A program made the translations under genes and the position numbers. A DNA stretch of 64,000 nucleotides, taken from assembly GCF_964355755.1 (NCBI RefSeq), contig NC_092671.1:6386001-6450000 (forward strand), in the 5' to 3' direction. The notes under the pieces were generated by a model that saw only the letters and a program-made list of their open reading frames with translations, ran no database searches and had not been told where the DNA came from. This stretch comes from Antedon mediterranea. Taxonomy: Eukaryota; Animalia; Echinodermata. Each line of letters starts with the position of its first letter. The stretch's first letter is position 1. Below are positions 37,353 to 56,300 of the stretch, in pieces.

Positions 37353-38664
37353 ATGACTGAACAAACTGAGAAGAATTCAGCTCCCATGCCAAGTCGAGCA
37401 GAACGCCGACAACAGTGAGTTCTGGATGACTGAAGACTGAGCAATTATCAAATGTTCTTGCCTATTTATTAATGATTAAGTTGACGTGTCACCAGTGATG
37501 TACATTAATCCATTTGCTAATGACATTTGTTAAAAGTAGAATTGAATTTCTAAATATCATTTCCTATTTATTTTTTTTTTGCTATTATTAGATGGTGGTC
37601 TGCAAAGAAAAAAGAGAATGCAGATGGAGAGGAATCAACAACACATACGGAGATTGAATCAAAAGTTGAAAGTAATTAAATATTCTGCATATTCTGTCAT
37701 ACTAGACTGATTCTGATATGAATTTAAATGGAAAGACTTTAAATGAATTTAGTGCGATTAACATAAGTAAAAATGCAGTGTGTGATATCCGATTAACAAC
37801 AAATTCCAGTACAAAATTAATATTTATTTCATTTTTGCTTTTAGATAACAAGAAAGTGAAACATGAAGGTATGGTGAAGAAAAGTCATAAACATTATTGC
37901 CTCTTTATTGGTAATTTACCATATGGTGTAACGAAAGAAGAAATAGAAAATCATTTTGAAACAGCTGGTAAGATTCTTAATAACAATATTTAGTTTATAC
38001 TACAAAATGTATGACATGTTTCCATTACGGTATTTAAACCAGGATTTTGAAAGGGCCTAAAAGTAGTGAAATGAAGTCCTGAAATTAATTTGTAGGGCCC
38101 CCCCCCCCCCCCGATTGGTACAGTATATTGTGAATTTTGTTCCAAAAAAGATTGGTTAATAGGAAATGTTTGTTCTGAATCAATGTAGGGGAATAACATT
38201 TAAAAAGTAACCGATTGAATATATATATTTCAAAATCTTAGGAACCGTCATAGCTGTAAGGCTAGCTACAGAGAAGGCAACGGAGAAGCCTAGAGGATTT
38301 GGTTACATAGAGTTCAAGACATCATCTGAATTTATGGTAAGTGATCAGTCTTAGTGTTGATGGATTTGATCAAAAAAACAGGAGTGTTATGGGGGGAAAT
38401 AAACAAATAAAGGTTCTGTTCGTACTAGTTATTTACAAATACAGTATAACTTTGTACCTACCCAGCAAATGTTGTTTCTTTCAACAGAATGCTCTCAGTT
38501 TACACCACACAGTATTAAAAGGAAGGAAGATAAATGTGGAAATGACAATGCCTGGAAAGGGAACAAGTCAAATGAGAAAGGAAAGGCTAAAGTGGAAAAA
38601 TAAATCAATGGATAGATTTAGGAGAAAAAGAACACATGGCAATCAAGGTGGTGGTCCGAATTGA
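37353..38664 (+). CDS. Single-RRM RNA-binding protein, Nop6-like (178 aa)
   Basis: Exons 37353-37414, 37592-37671, 37845-37967, 38242-38336 and 38488-38664 join in frame. RNP2 LFIGNL, RNP1 RGFGYIEF, then ALSLHHTVLKGRKINVEMT and a basic tail. Confidence 0.85.
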
Positions 38665-38920
38665 GCAAAGATTCAGAAAAGATGACAGTGGTAGCATTTA
38701 TTTGATAAACTATAGTCTGTATAGTTACAATTCATACAGAATTGATTAACTACTGAAGTGAAATAAATGAAAACAGATTTATTTAAGAATTAATGGTGAT
38801 GTCAAATTTTAAAAAATGAGCAGCTTTGTCATTCTAGATACTGTTACTGTATATCTGAAAGTTTGTCAGTCAACCAAAATGGTAACAGTTTCTGGTTGCT
38901 TGAACCTAAAAGCGATTCGA

Positions 38921-39785
38921 ATAGAGAGAAATAGCGAACCGCGACGACGTCACTCAAATTTCACCGAGTGGGTAGATTGTAAACAAACCATTTTGCCACA
39001 TGTTTTTGTATGGGAAATTCCGATGGGTTGAGTTAAAAAGGAAGGTAGAAAAGAACGTTTGAAACACACATATAATAGCAGTATCTTTTTTTTGCAACAC
39101 CCTTAACAATTTTAATGTTATATGGGCAAAATCTTAACATATTTTATTTTAATTTGGATTGAATTAAGACCAGTTTTTGTTATATACTGTACCCAGCTCT
39201 AGGCCCTAGATAGTTGGCCTGTATGCTGTAGTACCTCGAGCCTAGCACGGATTATCGGTTATTATAATAGTAATAATAATAAGTTATTGCATACTGTACT
39301 ACTACTACTACTACTTTAGCTAGGGTGCTGCTAGGCCTCTCCTAGCTAGGTAGTAAGACTAAATAGAGCATCTCTAGTAGATTTAGGCCTAGCATTAGTT
39401 TCAGCTTGACAACTGCCATTTTGTTATGTGGCTAGTGATGCTTCCTGCAAGGGGGGGGGGGGGGGGGGGGCTACCGCCAGTAATGAATACTTGATAATTA
39501 ACACCATTCTACTATAATACTATAGGCCTAGTCTAATGTAGACCTACAGATATGAGATATTTTTAGGAATATGATTGTGAATGATGGATGACTTTTATAC
39601 ATATTTCATTGTTTTATTGTGTAAATACACAAATACAACAAGAATTATGAGCGTTACAGCAACAACATTGGTTAGACGACGCCATGATTCACGTGTATAA
39701 ACATAGGAAATGTGTCGCCCTCAATGGTTTGTTATGATTTTATACCCACTCGGATTTTAGACGTCGGTTCGCCATTTCTCTCTAT
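38921..39785. mobile_element. ~865-bp non-autonomous DNA transposon
   Basis: TIRs ATAGAGAGAAATAGCGAACCG ... CGGTTCGCCATTTCTCTCTAT. Confidence 0.65.
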
Positions 39786-40648
39786 TATGTCATTTAATTT
39801 AGCAGCATTAAAGTTCAAACTACTCATGAGGACAAATTATGTGATCTGCTAAAACCACAAAAATGAAAGAAATCAGTACTGCAGATTCTGCAACAGGCCG
39901 GTCACATTATTAATGAGTATATTTTGGGAAAATGTCAATGATTGTGTACGTGCTAAAATTAAAAAACAAAATATATTCACTTCATAATTTATTTGATTGT
40001 TATCAAAGACATGGAATAAGATTTGGAATGGCTAGTATATCAGTGGGCATATTGGTTTGTAGCAACAAGGTCACTTCCACACAGATTTACTACTGTACAA
40101 TAATAAATTGTCCATTTTACAATCAAGTTGTAAGCTTGTTTATTCTATTATTTGTTTGGCTGCGACAAAGTAAAAAGATAATAATTCTACAAAAGTGTAT
40201 ATTGGCAGTAAATTTTATGTTTTATTCTACATTGATATCTGTCTAACATACTGCACACCTTACTGCAAATCTAAACAGGCCAAAAGTAAGCTACAGTATT
40301 AATTTTGTGAAGTTCATTAACAAATAATGGTCATGTTTCCTTTTAGTGTATAACAAACTCCATGTTTTCTCATATATGGATTGATAAATGTCATTAATAA
40401 ATACTGTATCCCCCAAGACTGTTCAAAGTCTACAAACACTGTATGCTTAGACTATATATATTGTGTGCTAAGTTGTACTGTATAAAATTAATAAACATCG
40501 GCATATAAAAATGAGGAAAGAAATGGGTGTTTTTTTGCCCTTTACAATTGTTATACATTATTATGTCTGCATGCTAGCCAAGCTTCTACAGTTGTCTTGT
40601 TTTGAGTTTTTTTAATTCGTTTTACCATTCTTCGTTAACTACTCGTTA

Positions 40649-46398
<5,750 letters not shown>

Positions 46399-47785
46399 TG
46401 TTTATGTTTATTGTTTTATCTGAAGAAAATAAGATGGTCACCATATAATAACATAAATTACAAATTTAAGTAGTACGGTTTTTAAGAAAATGTGTCACAG
46501 GTCACATTCTCTACAAGACATGTTTTACATTGATATGTTTAAAATTGAAGTAGGCCTAGAAAGTGAAAGGTTTTATTAACAATTATATGAATATGATGAT
46601 ATAGCCTACCAACATACTTTAGTAGGTCTAGCTAGGCCTACATCAGTACAAATTTCAATACAGATAGGCCTTGTAAAATAATAAAACTGTGCGGTACTAT
46701 TAGGTCTACGGCGCTAATGCAGTTTCGTACCCACCCCTTAAATTTACTTTAAATTGCTTTAATAGTCCATCCAACATACTCACGAGCCGCATATATCACT
46801 CTAGAAGCAGAAAATGCACAAAAAACGATGTTGTTTTTATTCTTAATATTTTAATTAATTAATCTTTGAGCACCCACACAACTTCATCGCTAGACTAGTT
46901 TTGTGAGAATCATCGCTAGTGGCCTGCCGATAAAAGTACGGAAGCCTCACAGGACATAGTGAACAACTTTTGTATATAGAGGGCGCGGTTACTATGTTTA
47001 ATAACTACAGTAATATAATGGCTCTGATTTTAAGCATGCACTTTACTAGTAATGATTTTAATGTATTCCCCGAGAAGTCCGAGAACATATTTTTAAGAAT
47101 TGTATTCATCTCTATTTCATGTTATTGTTAGGCCTATATTTTAATTACTTGTTTTATGTTAATAGTAGAACTTCACATCAGGAAAGAAGAAAAACAGGAA
47201 GAAGAAATGAAATTATACAGGATACTTTGCTGAATCCCGTGTCCGTACTGAAAACAAGCAGCACTAAGTCTGCTGACTACATTGTGTAATAAAATAATCA
47301 TGCAGAGAATGGCTGTAATATTATTTCCTAAAGTTGAAATGAACCGTCCATCGCCACCGTAATTAAAATTAAGTACATTGCACTTTAATTAAGCAAATAA
47401 AACCAATAATTAAGAATCAATGAATAATTTTATTTAATCAATTACGAGCCATATAGTATTATACTACTGTATTAAAAATAACACAAGTAATAACAAGTAT
47501 GTCATCAAGCCAGGGAAGACTTAAATTCCCTCTTCCCTGATCAAGCATTATATAATTATTATATCTGTTATTTACAAAAAACCCCTGATAATAACGTGTA
47601 AAATAACTCAAAATCGGTTTCAATAGGGGAAAAAGATAATATGGAAAATACTCATTATTCAAATATCTCAATTGGTTTCTCAACAATTGGTGAGTTAAAG
47701 GTGTTGAATTGAATTACATAAAAATAAAATGTTAGCAAAGATAGAAAGCGGAAATGTAAGACTGCCTTGTCGGTTAACATAATAC

Positions 47786-48751
47786 TTAATTAACAACATA
47801 AATGTCATTGGCTATCTGGTGCCACAGATTGTAAAACGGCGAGACGCCAAATCTCTCCGACCACATATATTCTGCAAGATACTCGGGGATCAATTCTGGA
47901 TTAGTTGGCCCTTGTTGCGCTTTCATTTGAGCCTTGGCTCTAGACCACATCGACTCTACTCGATTTGTGCAGACGCCTGTCGCTGGATCAACAAAATGTC
48001 TTTGGTGATTCACTGTTCCATGATCGAATCCTCGATTTTGGATTTGATTATATGCAGCCCATCTGTCCGTCCAAATTGTTGTTCCTGGAGCAACCCACTG
48101 ATGAATGATTGGCAATAATGTTGCAGCATCACGCCGCTCAACTTCTACCAGAAACCCTTTTTTACGTCCTTGTTCATATCCACCAAAAACCCATCTTTCG
48201 GGTCTCACTCTTCCCACGTTGTTTTTTCTCCTAGAAAATAACGATTCGTCCAATTCGACAATTACTCCAGGTCCTCCAATCAGTTCCGGATGGTTGATAA
48301 AATATTGTACACAAATGTCTCTGCAAAACTGCTTCCAGTCTACAACTGTATGCTCCGACATGCACAACTCTTTCATGATTAAATTTTGTGATAAGCTCCT
48401 CGCTTTTCCTGCACCAGTGGACCATATATAGGTCAGACCTATGATCTGCCATAGCTGCAAATGAGAGCCAGAAAAGAATGATCCATGTCTTATATTGATC
48501 ACTTTTCTGCAGTTTCTTTCCGGACATCGCCAGCAAACTCTGTCTATGGAACTATCTCTCGGCTGTTGTTGGCAAATAGCATTACAACGTGGACAGCTCA
48601 TGCTAAATGCTAGCAACCCATACCGGCGGCACCACGCTATTGTGGCATCTACGTCGTATTTGAACCTGTGGCCTATTTCAATTAAACTTATTGAATTGAA
48701 CTCATCTAATTCTGGTAGAATAGGAATCTGCGGTATTGGAATAGCAGCCAT
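47786..48751 (-). CDS. Merlin / ISXO2-like (IS1595 family) DDE transposase, 321 aa, intronless
   Basis: Zn-ribbon CPRC..WRCPERNC; IRHGSFF; IGGPGVIVELDES; WVFG; TIWTDRWAAY; VNH..HFVDP; TNRVESMW; YLAEYMW. Confidence 0.92.
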   Translation of the reverse strand: MAAIPIPQIPILPELDEFNSISLIEIGHRFKYDVDATIAWCRRYGLLAFSMSCPRCNAICQQQPRDSSIDRVCWRCPERNCRKVINIRHGSFFSGSHLQLWQIIGLTYIWSTGAGKARSLSQNLIMKELCMSEHTVVDWKQFCRDICVQYFINHPELIGGPGVIVELDESLFSRRKNNVGRVRPERWVFGGYEQGRKKGFLVEVERRDAATLLPIIHQWVAPGTTIWTDRWAAYNQIQNRGFDHGTVNHQRHFVDPATGVCTNRVESMWSRAKAQMKAQQGPTNPELIPEYLAEYMWSERFGVSPFYNLWHQIANDIYVVN

Positions 48752-49389
48752 TTCAGAACAATTTTAAAAAGCGTGTGATGAAGACAAGTTGCCAAATATC
48801 ACTGTTTTGTATTTCTGAATTGAAATGTAATTTTCCATAACATTTGTTTGCATGAAAACTGACGTCGTAGAATTATTTTGACGGAAACTCAAACAAGAGA
48901 GAACAGGGGACCAATAGGAGCCTTACGCGCTTTTCACAACAGGACTGCTAAAGAAAATCCCATGTGATGTATGCGCCGCGTACCGACCGGAAATCTGCGT
49001 TATCAACATGCACCGCAAACAAAACATTCCTTGCGATATGTATGCCGTGTATCCCACCGACAATGATAACTCTGTCAAACATTTTGGTAAAACAACCCTT
49101 ATTACGGCAAAACATCAAAGCATTTGTTTAAAAATACATGAATATGTTTTACTTCCAAGAGGAAGGACATTTTTGATAGAGGGAACGGCGGGAGAAGGTG
49201 AATACTCGTAATTAACCTCTATATAGGCCTACTTTTCTTCCTTTTTGTATTTATTCCTCCTGTTGTTAACTAACACGACCCATGGTAAATGATGCACACA
49301 GGACTCTTCATTATACTGTATTTTATTTATTCAAAGTGATAATTGCCAATATATTCTACTACTGTCAAATATGGTACGTATGCTTTTCA

Positions 49390-49728
49390 AAGCATGGTTC
49401 CCACTTGCGACGCAACGTAACGCAACCTACAGAACGTAGGAAAATGCCCTTCTAATAATTGTGTTTGTCCCCGCCTGCCTGAAATCAATACAGCACTTTG
49501 AGTCGATAGGTCGCTGCGTTGCGTTCTAGTGGAAACTACGCTTTAATGTTAAGCGTGGTTCTCACTAGAACGCAATGAAAAGTTATTGCGTAATCACAAG
49601 TGGGAACCGACGACGCAATAGTTCTGCAAACATAGCAGGTTTGAATACCACGCAGGCGGGGGAAAACACAGAAGGGCATTTGCTTACGTTGCGTAGATTG
49701 CGTTGCGTCGGTAGTGAGAACCAAGCTG
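49390..49728. mobile_element. Two adjacent related MITEs nested in the Merlin element
   Basis: AAGCATGGTTCCCACT ... AGTGGAAACTACGCTT and AAGCGTGGTTCTCACT ... AGTGAGAACCAAGCT, in opposite orientation, both with CGCAA/TTGCG repeats. Confidence 0.7.
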
Positions 49729-50549
49729 TACATAGGCCTCAATAAAATTAAAGATTAAAATTTAACACGAAATGGCAAGGATGCATGCATGATGACTACT
49801 CTTCATTGTTCATTTTTAAACTGATTTACGGTTTTTGTGTTACCGTTTCTAAGTTTAAATAAATGACAATTTTGGTTTCAATGGAAGACATTTCTTGACA
49901 TTGAAGAAGCCTCGCCTACTAATTACTATAATAAATATTACAATTATTAGTTCTAAGCACACACTCGAATGAACAATAAAAGAAATAACCGTATAACATG
50001 AATTACGGAAATGATGAATACAACTCTTCAATATTAATCTTTATTAAAAAGGAAATTCATGTGCAGTCACAGACTCGGGAATACATCACAATACATAACA
50101 TAACAGAGTACTTATAGTTATTGAGGGCGCTGTACAGCTATGGCCTGACATGTTTAGGCTTCCGTACTTTGTAATCTGATCGTCTACTCCGAGCCTAGCG
50201 ATGATTCTCACAAAACTAGCCTAGCGATGAAGTTGTGTGGGTGCTCAAAGATTAATTAATTAAAATATTAAGAATAAAAACAACATCGTTTTTTGTGGAT
50301 TTTCTGCTTCCAGAGTGATATATGCGGCTCGTGAGTATGTTGGATGGACTATTAAAACAATTTAAAGTAAATTTAAGGGGTGGGTACGAAACTGCATTAG
50401 CGCCATTTCTTCTTTCACACACACCCACTCCCATTGAAGTGACTGTCCTGACTAATCAGATGACTGGACTGCCAAGTCTTTTTTATTATAATATAAAAAT
50501 TAAAAAGAGATTATTATACTAGAGAATGTATTATTAATATTATGATGTG

Positions 50550-51020
50550 TGTAGGCCATACAACCACAATTAAAAAAAACGTAGGCCTAGGCCTAGGTCC
50601 ACTACAGTGTCGGCGTAGGAGTAAGGGTGTAGTAAAAGTAGTCTGTCTAGTACTAGTAGGCTAGGCCTCGGCTACCGCACTCAGGTTTTTACACCACGAC
50701 CAAGTCCATCATCAGCAGCGGCCATGCTAACCATTATGCAAGAACGGTGATGGGATTATATTTTTATTTTAACAAGAAATTATAAATACATTAAGTTACA
50801 AACAAATAACTATTATTTCAATGTGTATTTCTTTAAAGTTTTATACGTAGATTATACTTACGAATACGTGATATAAAGTAGATTTTAATCAACAATTTAA
50901 AACGAACCACAACCTTGTTTTCGTTAAAGTTTAAAGGTTATCTCAGCAACAATAGTCTTTACAATCCAGCCAGCTAAACGAACTGTTTAAAGTGGTGACG
51001 GCTGTTCCAATCGTCTACCA
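50550..51020 (-). promoter_or_regulatory. Candidate NACA non-coding exon 1 / promoter
   Basis: TAGGCCTA cluster at 50550-50670 and a donor-like AAG|GTTGTG at ~50913. The NACA ATG exon starts after an acceptor at 46420-46421. Confidence 0.3.
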
Positions 51021-52619
51021 TTAGTTATACTGTGGTACTCTGTATATTGCCGTTTAAAATAAAGTAATATAAAATAATACTGTGGGCCTACAACAATATT
51101 TATAATAATACTATTGACAAATAATTAAATTATTCTAGTCATAATAAATAATCATTCATCCGAATTGGAGGCGCCAAGTAGGCCTATAATTAAATTAATA
51201 TTCAGTTCACTGGTCCAAGTTCACTGGACCTTGACTGGCTTTCATTTTCGGACAGAGTTTCATTTAAAAGAACTGTCCTTGTATTTAAATGTATAAATAA
51301 AATGACTCTCTAATATATGACTGATATAATTACACCCTTATCCCAGTCACATGTAACGAGGCAGGTCCTTTTGCGAGAAAAGAATGTTTTTCCACAAGTT
51401 TTAGTGTTGTTGGTGCAACCCTGAATAGCGTCGAAGAGGAGTTAAGAACCATAACATCCCTATGGTTATTTAAATCAGAACTTCATAGGAACTATATTCA
51501 GCAAAATGCTATTATGTAAACTGCTTGGGCTTACCTTGGGTAAACAAAGCAATACTAATAATAAAAAGTTCTACAATAAACGTATAGGCCCTACCAGTTC
51601 CTATCAAAATGACTTAAGAAACTTATAGGCCTAATTGATGCATTCATTTTCTATTATCTATAAATAACTAGCAGTTACATACTTTGCATGTGTAATAAAA
51701 GCGCACTCTAATAAAAGTAGGCCTACTTTGACAAATAAAAAAAAAATTGTATCAAGAATAAAATTCGGAACTATTTTATGGTCATTGATTTGGTTATAGA
51801 CTATCCCTTCACTTTAAAATATATGTAAGCTAAAATGCATTTTACTCACTGGCTCAAACCGTGATTTACAAAATACATTCTGTTCATAGGAAAGGATGTA
51901 ACGTTGTTGCAGCTGAAATAGTGAACTAACAAAACTCGAGTGTGCATTTAGCTGAAACTTTTCTCACTTGCATCAATTATTATCAATTATTGTATCTTAG
52001 GCCTGTAACGCGCATCCATATTAATAAAATAATTGGTATTAAAATGTAACAATTTTTATTATCTTAAACATGTATTGTCCACCTGAAAAAAATTTTTATT
52101 TTTTTTTGTTGAATATGACATTTTAATGTTACATAATAGTTATTTAATTCAAAAATTGAATCGAAAAAAAATATATATACCTTACAAAAACAAAAATTTA
52201 AAGCAAAACATAGTCAAATTGGTTGCCAATTGTTTTTTGGTTAAATTTAACCGTTTAATTTAATTTGTGAAAACATTTGTTTGTTTTTTTTTCTACGGAG
52301 AAGTGATTAACGATATTAAAGCTGAAAATGGACTATTCAAATTCTGATTTTATTAATCTTAATTTTTTTATGATTTTATGGGACAATACATCTTTTATTT
52401 AATATCATTTTCACATTATTCTACAATGAGAGCCATTCTGACAAAACCGTCGCTTATGATACTTTTCCGAAGAAATATTATTCCTCGCATCTTTGGCTTA
52501 CGTCAGAATATCCAAGGAAACATTGTGCTACATATGATTATGTTTGCTATAAATAAGCATGATAATTATCATATAATATAGGGGTTTTGAGTCTTAGGTA
52601 CACAATTAGTTAAATTTTA

Positions 52620-52735
52620 ACCAGGTTTCAACCGGACTAAATAAGTCACATGACAGGCGGTTTCAAAGTTCAGTCCTTCAACAACCAAATTTACTTAGGG
52701 ATTAGCAGAAGAATATACATCTAAAAAAGGTAAGA
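52620..52735 (+). promoter_or_regulatory. Candidate non-coding first exon of TMBIM paralog B
   Basis: TCACATGAC (E-box/CLEAR-like) at ~52646 and a strong donor AAG|GTAAGA at 52729/52730. The coding exon begins directly after an acceptor (TTTAG|ATG). Confidence 0.45.
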
Positions 52736-53373
52736 ATATTGTAAAATAATTGAAGAAATATTCAATATTGAAATAATAATAATTTCGTAATTGTGTGTTG
52801 ACCATGTTTTTTGTTATGGTCCGACTGGAGATACTGTACTAAAAATGTCTGCCCACTAATTACACACTTTACACATGCGAAGTCCCTTTGCATTATGAAT
52901 GGATAAGATATTCATTTGCTTAAAAAGTACAACGTCCATTTCAACAAAATTGATGAAGCAAACCGATTCTTCAGTCTAAACTGTATAAAGGTTACGGAAC
53001 TTCAATGTGCCTAAATGTATCGGCAAGGCTGATATCATTATTAAGAAATTTGTCTTTATCAATATTAAGTTATTTTGTCTAAAATAAATCATACAGTCAG
53101 TCGTTAATGATCATATTTATCATTAAAATAACCATGTGCACGCTAAGATTTGTAAGTTGGTTGCTACACCCCCGAAGTTAGCGATAACTGTATCCGCCTT
53201 TTATCCAAGTAAATAACTGAGCCTCGGGCCCCAAAATGGTTATATCAATGACAACACGTTATTATAAACATTTGTTACGGTACCGGTATGGGCTACCAAT
53301 ATTAATAAAATGATCATTAAAATACAATAATATTATATATAATGTAACTTTAGTTAATTTTATATTTGTTTAG

Positions 53374-56300
53374 ATGGCTGATCCAAACACTGGATATCCT
53401 CCCCAACCAGCTTACGGTCAGCAACCTCCACCTTATTCAGAGGGGTATGCTCCTCAACCAGCCTACAATCAGCCACCACCCCAACAATACGGTCAACCTC
53501 TTCAACAATACGGTCAACCACAACAACAATACGGTCAACCACAGCAACAATATGTCCACCAATATGGAGCACCAAACCAAACCGTGGTGTCCGTATCAGG
53601 AGGTAAATGGTTTAGGTTTAATATTGAGAATAAAGGTTTAAGCAATGTAGTATTTTAATGGAATGCCAATATTTTTTTTTACCATATTAAATGAGGGGGA
53701 TCCATCCAGCAATTGCTGATCATTAGGGACCCCCAGAGGTTCACAAGACAAACATATACACAAGATGCTCGACATAAACAAAGTCTTATTACAAGTCTTT
53801 GGGAGTGGAGTTGTAATTTTTTCCTTCAAAAAAATCCTGACATGACGGGACTTGAACCCAGGAGCCTTGGAGTGGTAGCCAATCATCATAACCACCAGGC
53901 CACAACTCAACAAGGGAGAGCTCCAATTAAGAAGTCACGGGCTTCCAATTCATTGTACATGAGGACACTGTCTACCCTTGAATTGTTCATTAGGGGTTGT
54001 TCGATATATTGAATATGAAATATTTGCATGTCTTAATAAATAAATGAGATTAAGGTTTCACTCCCAGTTTCACTTATGTAAAAATAGACACGGTTATTAT
54101 AATTTAGGTACTACTAGTTCACCGTCAGCGCACGATGATGAAGAGGAGGGTGGATTTTCTACTAATTTTAATGACAGTAACACCAGACGAATGTTCATAA
54201 GAAAGGTTAGTTTAAACTATTAGGCCCAGTAATATTTTATCTTGTATTTTAAAATGCATTCTAAATATGCAAACAGTTCAAAGGCATTTAATAATAATAA
54301 TAATAATATCCTGTATTTATATAACGCCTAATGTTGTGAAACTTCAAAGCGCTGAACATTATTACCCTGGTAATTTTTGCATCAAACATGTATGAAAACA
54401 TACTCCCATAATGCAGCTAGTAATCAGCGCAAAGTTGTGTCTTGATCTAACCAGGTACCCAGACCTGGGTGGAGAGAGGCAAACGTAAGTAAAGTATCTT
54501 GCTTCAGGATACAAACAATGCGGCAGAGTTGGATTCGAACCGCGATCTCACGATCAGTAGTCCAACGTCCAAGACACCACACACCCTAACCTGTATAAAT
54601 TTTGACGTTCGAAATTTTCTTTACATTTCACCAATTCGGTACAAAAGTATCATTAAAACATATATGTAAACTTGTTTTGGTGAAGGGATGTGAAAATGGA
54701 ACTGAACATTGAATTGAAAATTTGACATTTGATCATTTTTTCTTTTCTTTTCTTTTTTATAAGGTATACATTACTCTGTCTGTCCAACTTCTTTTTACCT
54801 TCGGTATTGTGGCACTGTTTACCTACGTGTAAGTATTTGTAATTATAAATTTTGTGATATGGGTAGTTGGTGTTTCTGTTTTCTTTTATTTCTATCTTTA
54901 CTTGTTAATACTTTTGTTATTTCTTTGTTAATTTCTTACAAAATTTTGAAATAAATATGCCTACACAGAACTTTCGATTTGCTTACTATACGTGTATATG
55001 TATTGTATTTGCTAAAGCTCTCTCTACACGATCAAACTTTATTTGACAACAAAACGTGATGTGCCCAAATCTAAAGCTAACTTAAAGATACCTTTTACCG
55101 TAGTACTGGTACTAATACTATGGACCATAACATTAGATATCATGTCCATGCTAAATAATATACTAACTAATAGCCTAATATTTATCTTTTTATATGTATA
55201 ATACTAGTTTGCTTTATCTTGTTTAGGCAAGACATTGCCGATTGGGTTCAAGCTAACCCAGCAGCATATTATACTTCATAGTAAGTACAGTATCAAGTTA
55301 ATTTTGAAGTATCATTTTACTACGGGGCGCCATTTAGAGCCTACATTTACATAGGATCATCATTCTTCCAAAAACAGTAATGTTGTAAAACGGTCGGTAT
55401 GTTGGAAGACCAGTAATTGTAATAGAAAACCCATAAAGCATATTATTAGGCTTTCGAACGTCGAAATTTATACAGGTTGGGGTATAACGATATTTTGAGG
55501 TGGTGATGGTGTTGGGGAAGGGGAGGAGGTCCTATTTTCTTTTTGCCATGATGATAAGACAATAATGTTGAAGATATTGGAATATTTTCCTGTTTATTCA
55601 GGCAAATAATGGAAGGACGATGGCACCAGATTAAAAGATCGTGATTAGTATAGTCACATAATGTAGAAATCAATTACATAAACAAACTTAAGAGGTATTG
55701 TAAGCTTATAATATATGTTTATTTTGTTTGTTTATTTATGATAGTTTTGTCTTCTTGTTTGCCTTCATTGCGCTGGCATGTGGACGAGAGCTTGCAAGAA
55801 AGTCCCCAATCAACTACATCGCTCTCACGGTTTTGGTAAGTACAAGATGGGAAAAACTGGAAAACAACAAGGAAACCTAGACCCAAATTCGCATTCTATC
55901 ATTAACATCAGAAAGCATGGCAACTCGTGCAATTGATAATACATTTTCTTTTTATTTAGACGTTAAGTTTGACGTACATGACTGCTACCATTGCCAGGTA
56001 AGTTACTTCGTTCCAGAGTCCCTCATCGTGTTTATCTTGCTACAATGTTTTTTTCAAGTAGTCTAAATAGCTTTTGCTGCACAGCAACCATTTTCTTTGA
56101 ATGATCAAACTAACAACTGTACTTATAATAGTGATATTATTTATTCTTAGCTTTTATGAAACGAAAACCGTCTTCATCGCCATGGGAACTACATTGGTAA
56201 TACTGTTATTTGCTTCTTGTGAACTTTATTTAATCAATTGTGAATGCATAATAATAACAATAATAACTGGTGTTGTTATACCGGTCTTATTTTGTTAATT

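Larger units (their letters stand above)
46710..50404 (-). mobile_element. Merlin (IS1595/IS1016-related) DNA transposon, 3.7 kb, 210-bp TIRs
   Basis: 46710-46919 is the reverse complement of 50195-50404 with ~4 mismatches. GG...CC termini (GGCGCTAATG). Encloses an ISXO2-like transposase. No TSD (AGGTCTAC vs ATTTCTTC). Confidence 0.88.

Noticed and set aside
47786-48751. Bacterial IS1595 contamination or recent horizontal transfer
   Set aside because: It is embedded among spliced animal genes, has long TIRs and nested animal MITEs, and its motifs fit the eukaryotic Merlin superfamily.
50155-50404. Inverted duplication of the NACA promoter
   Set aside because: The inverted pair has sharp GG..CC ends enclosing a transposase and is better explained as TIRs.
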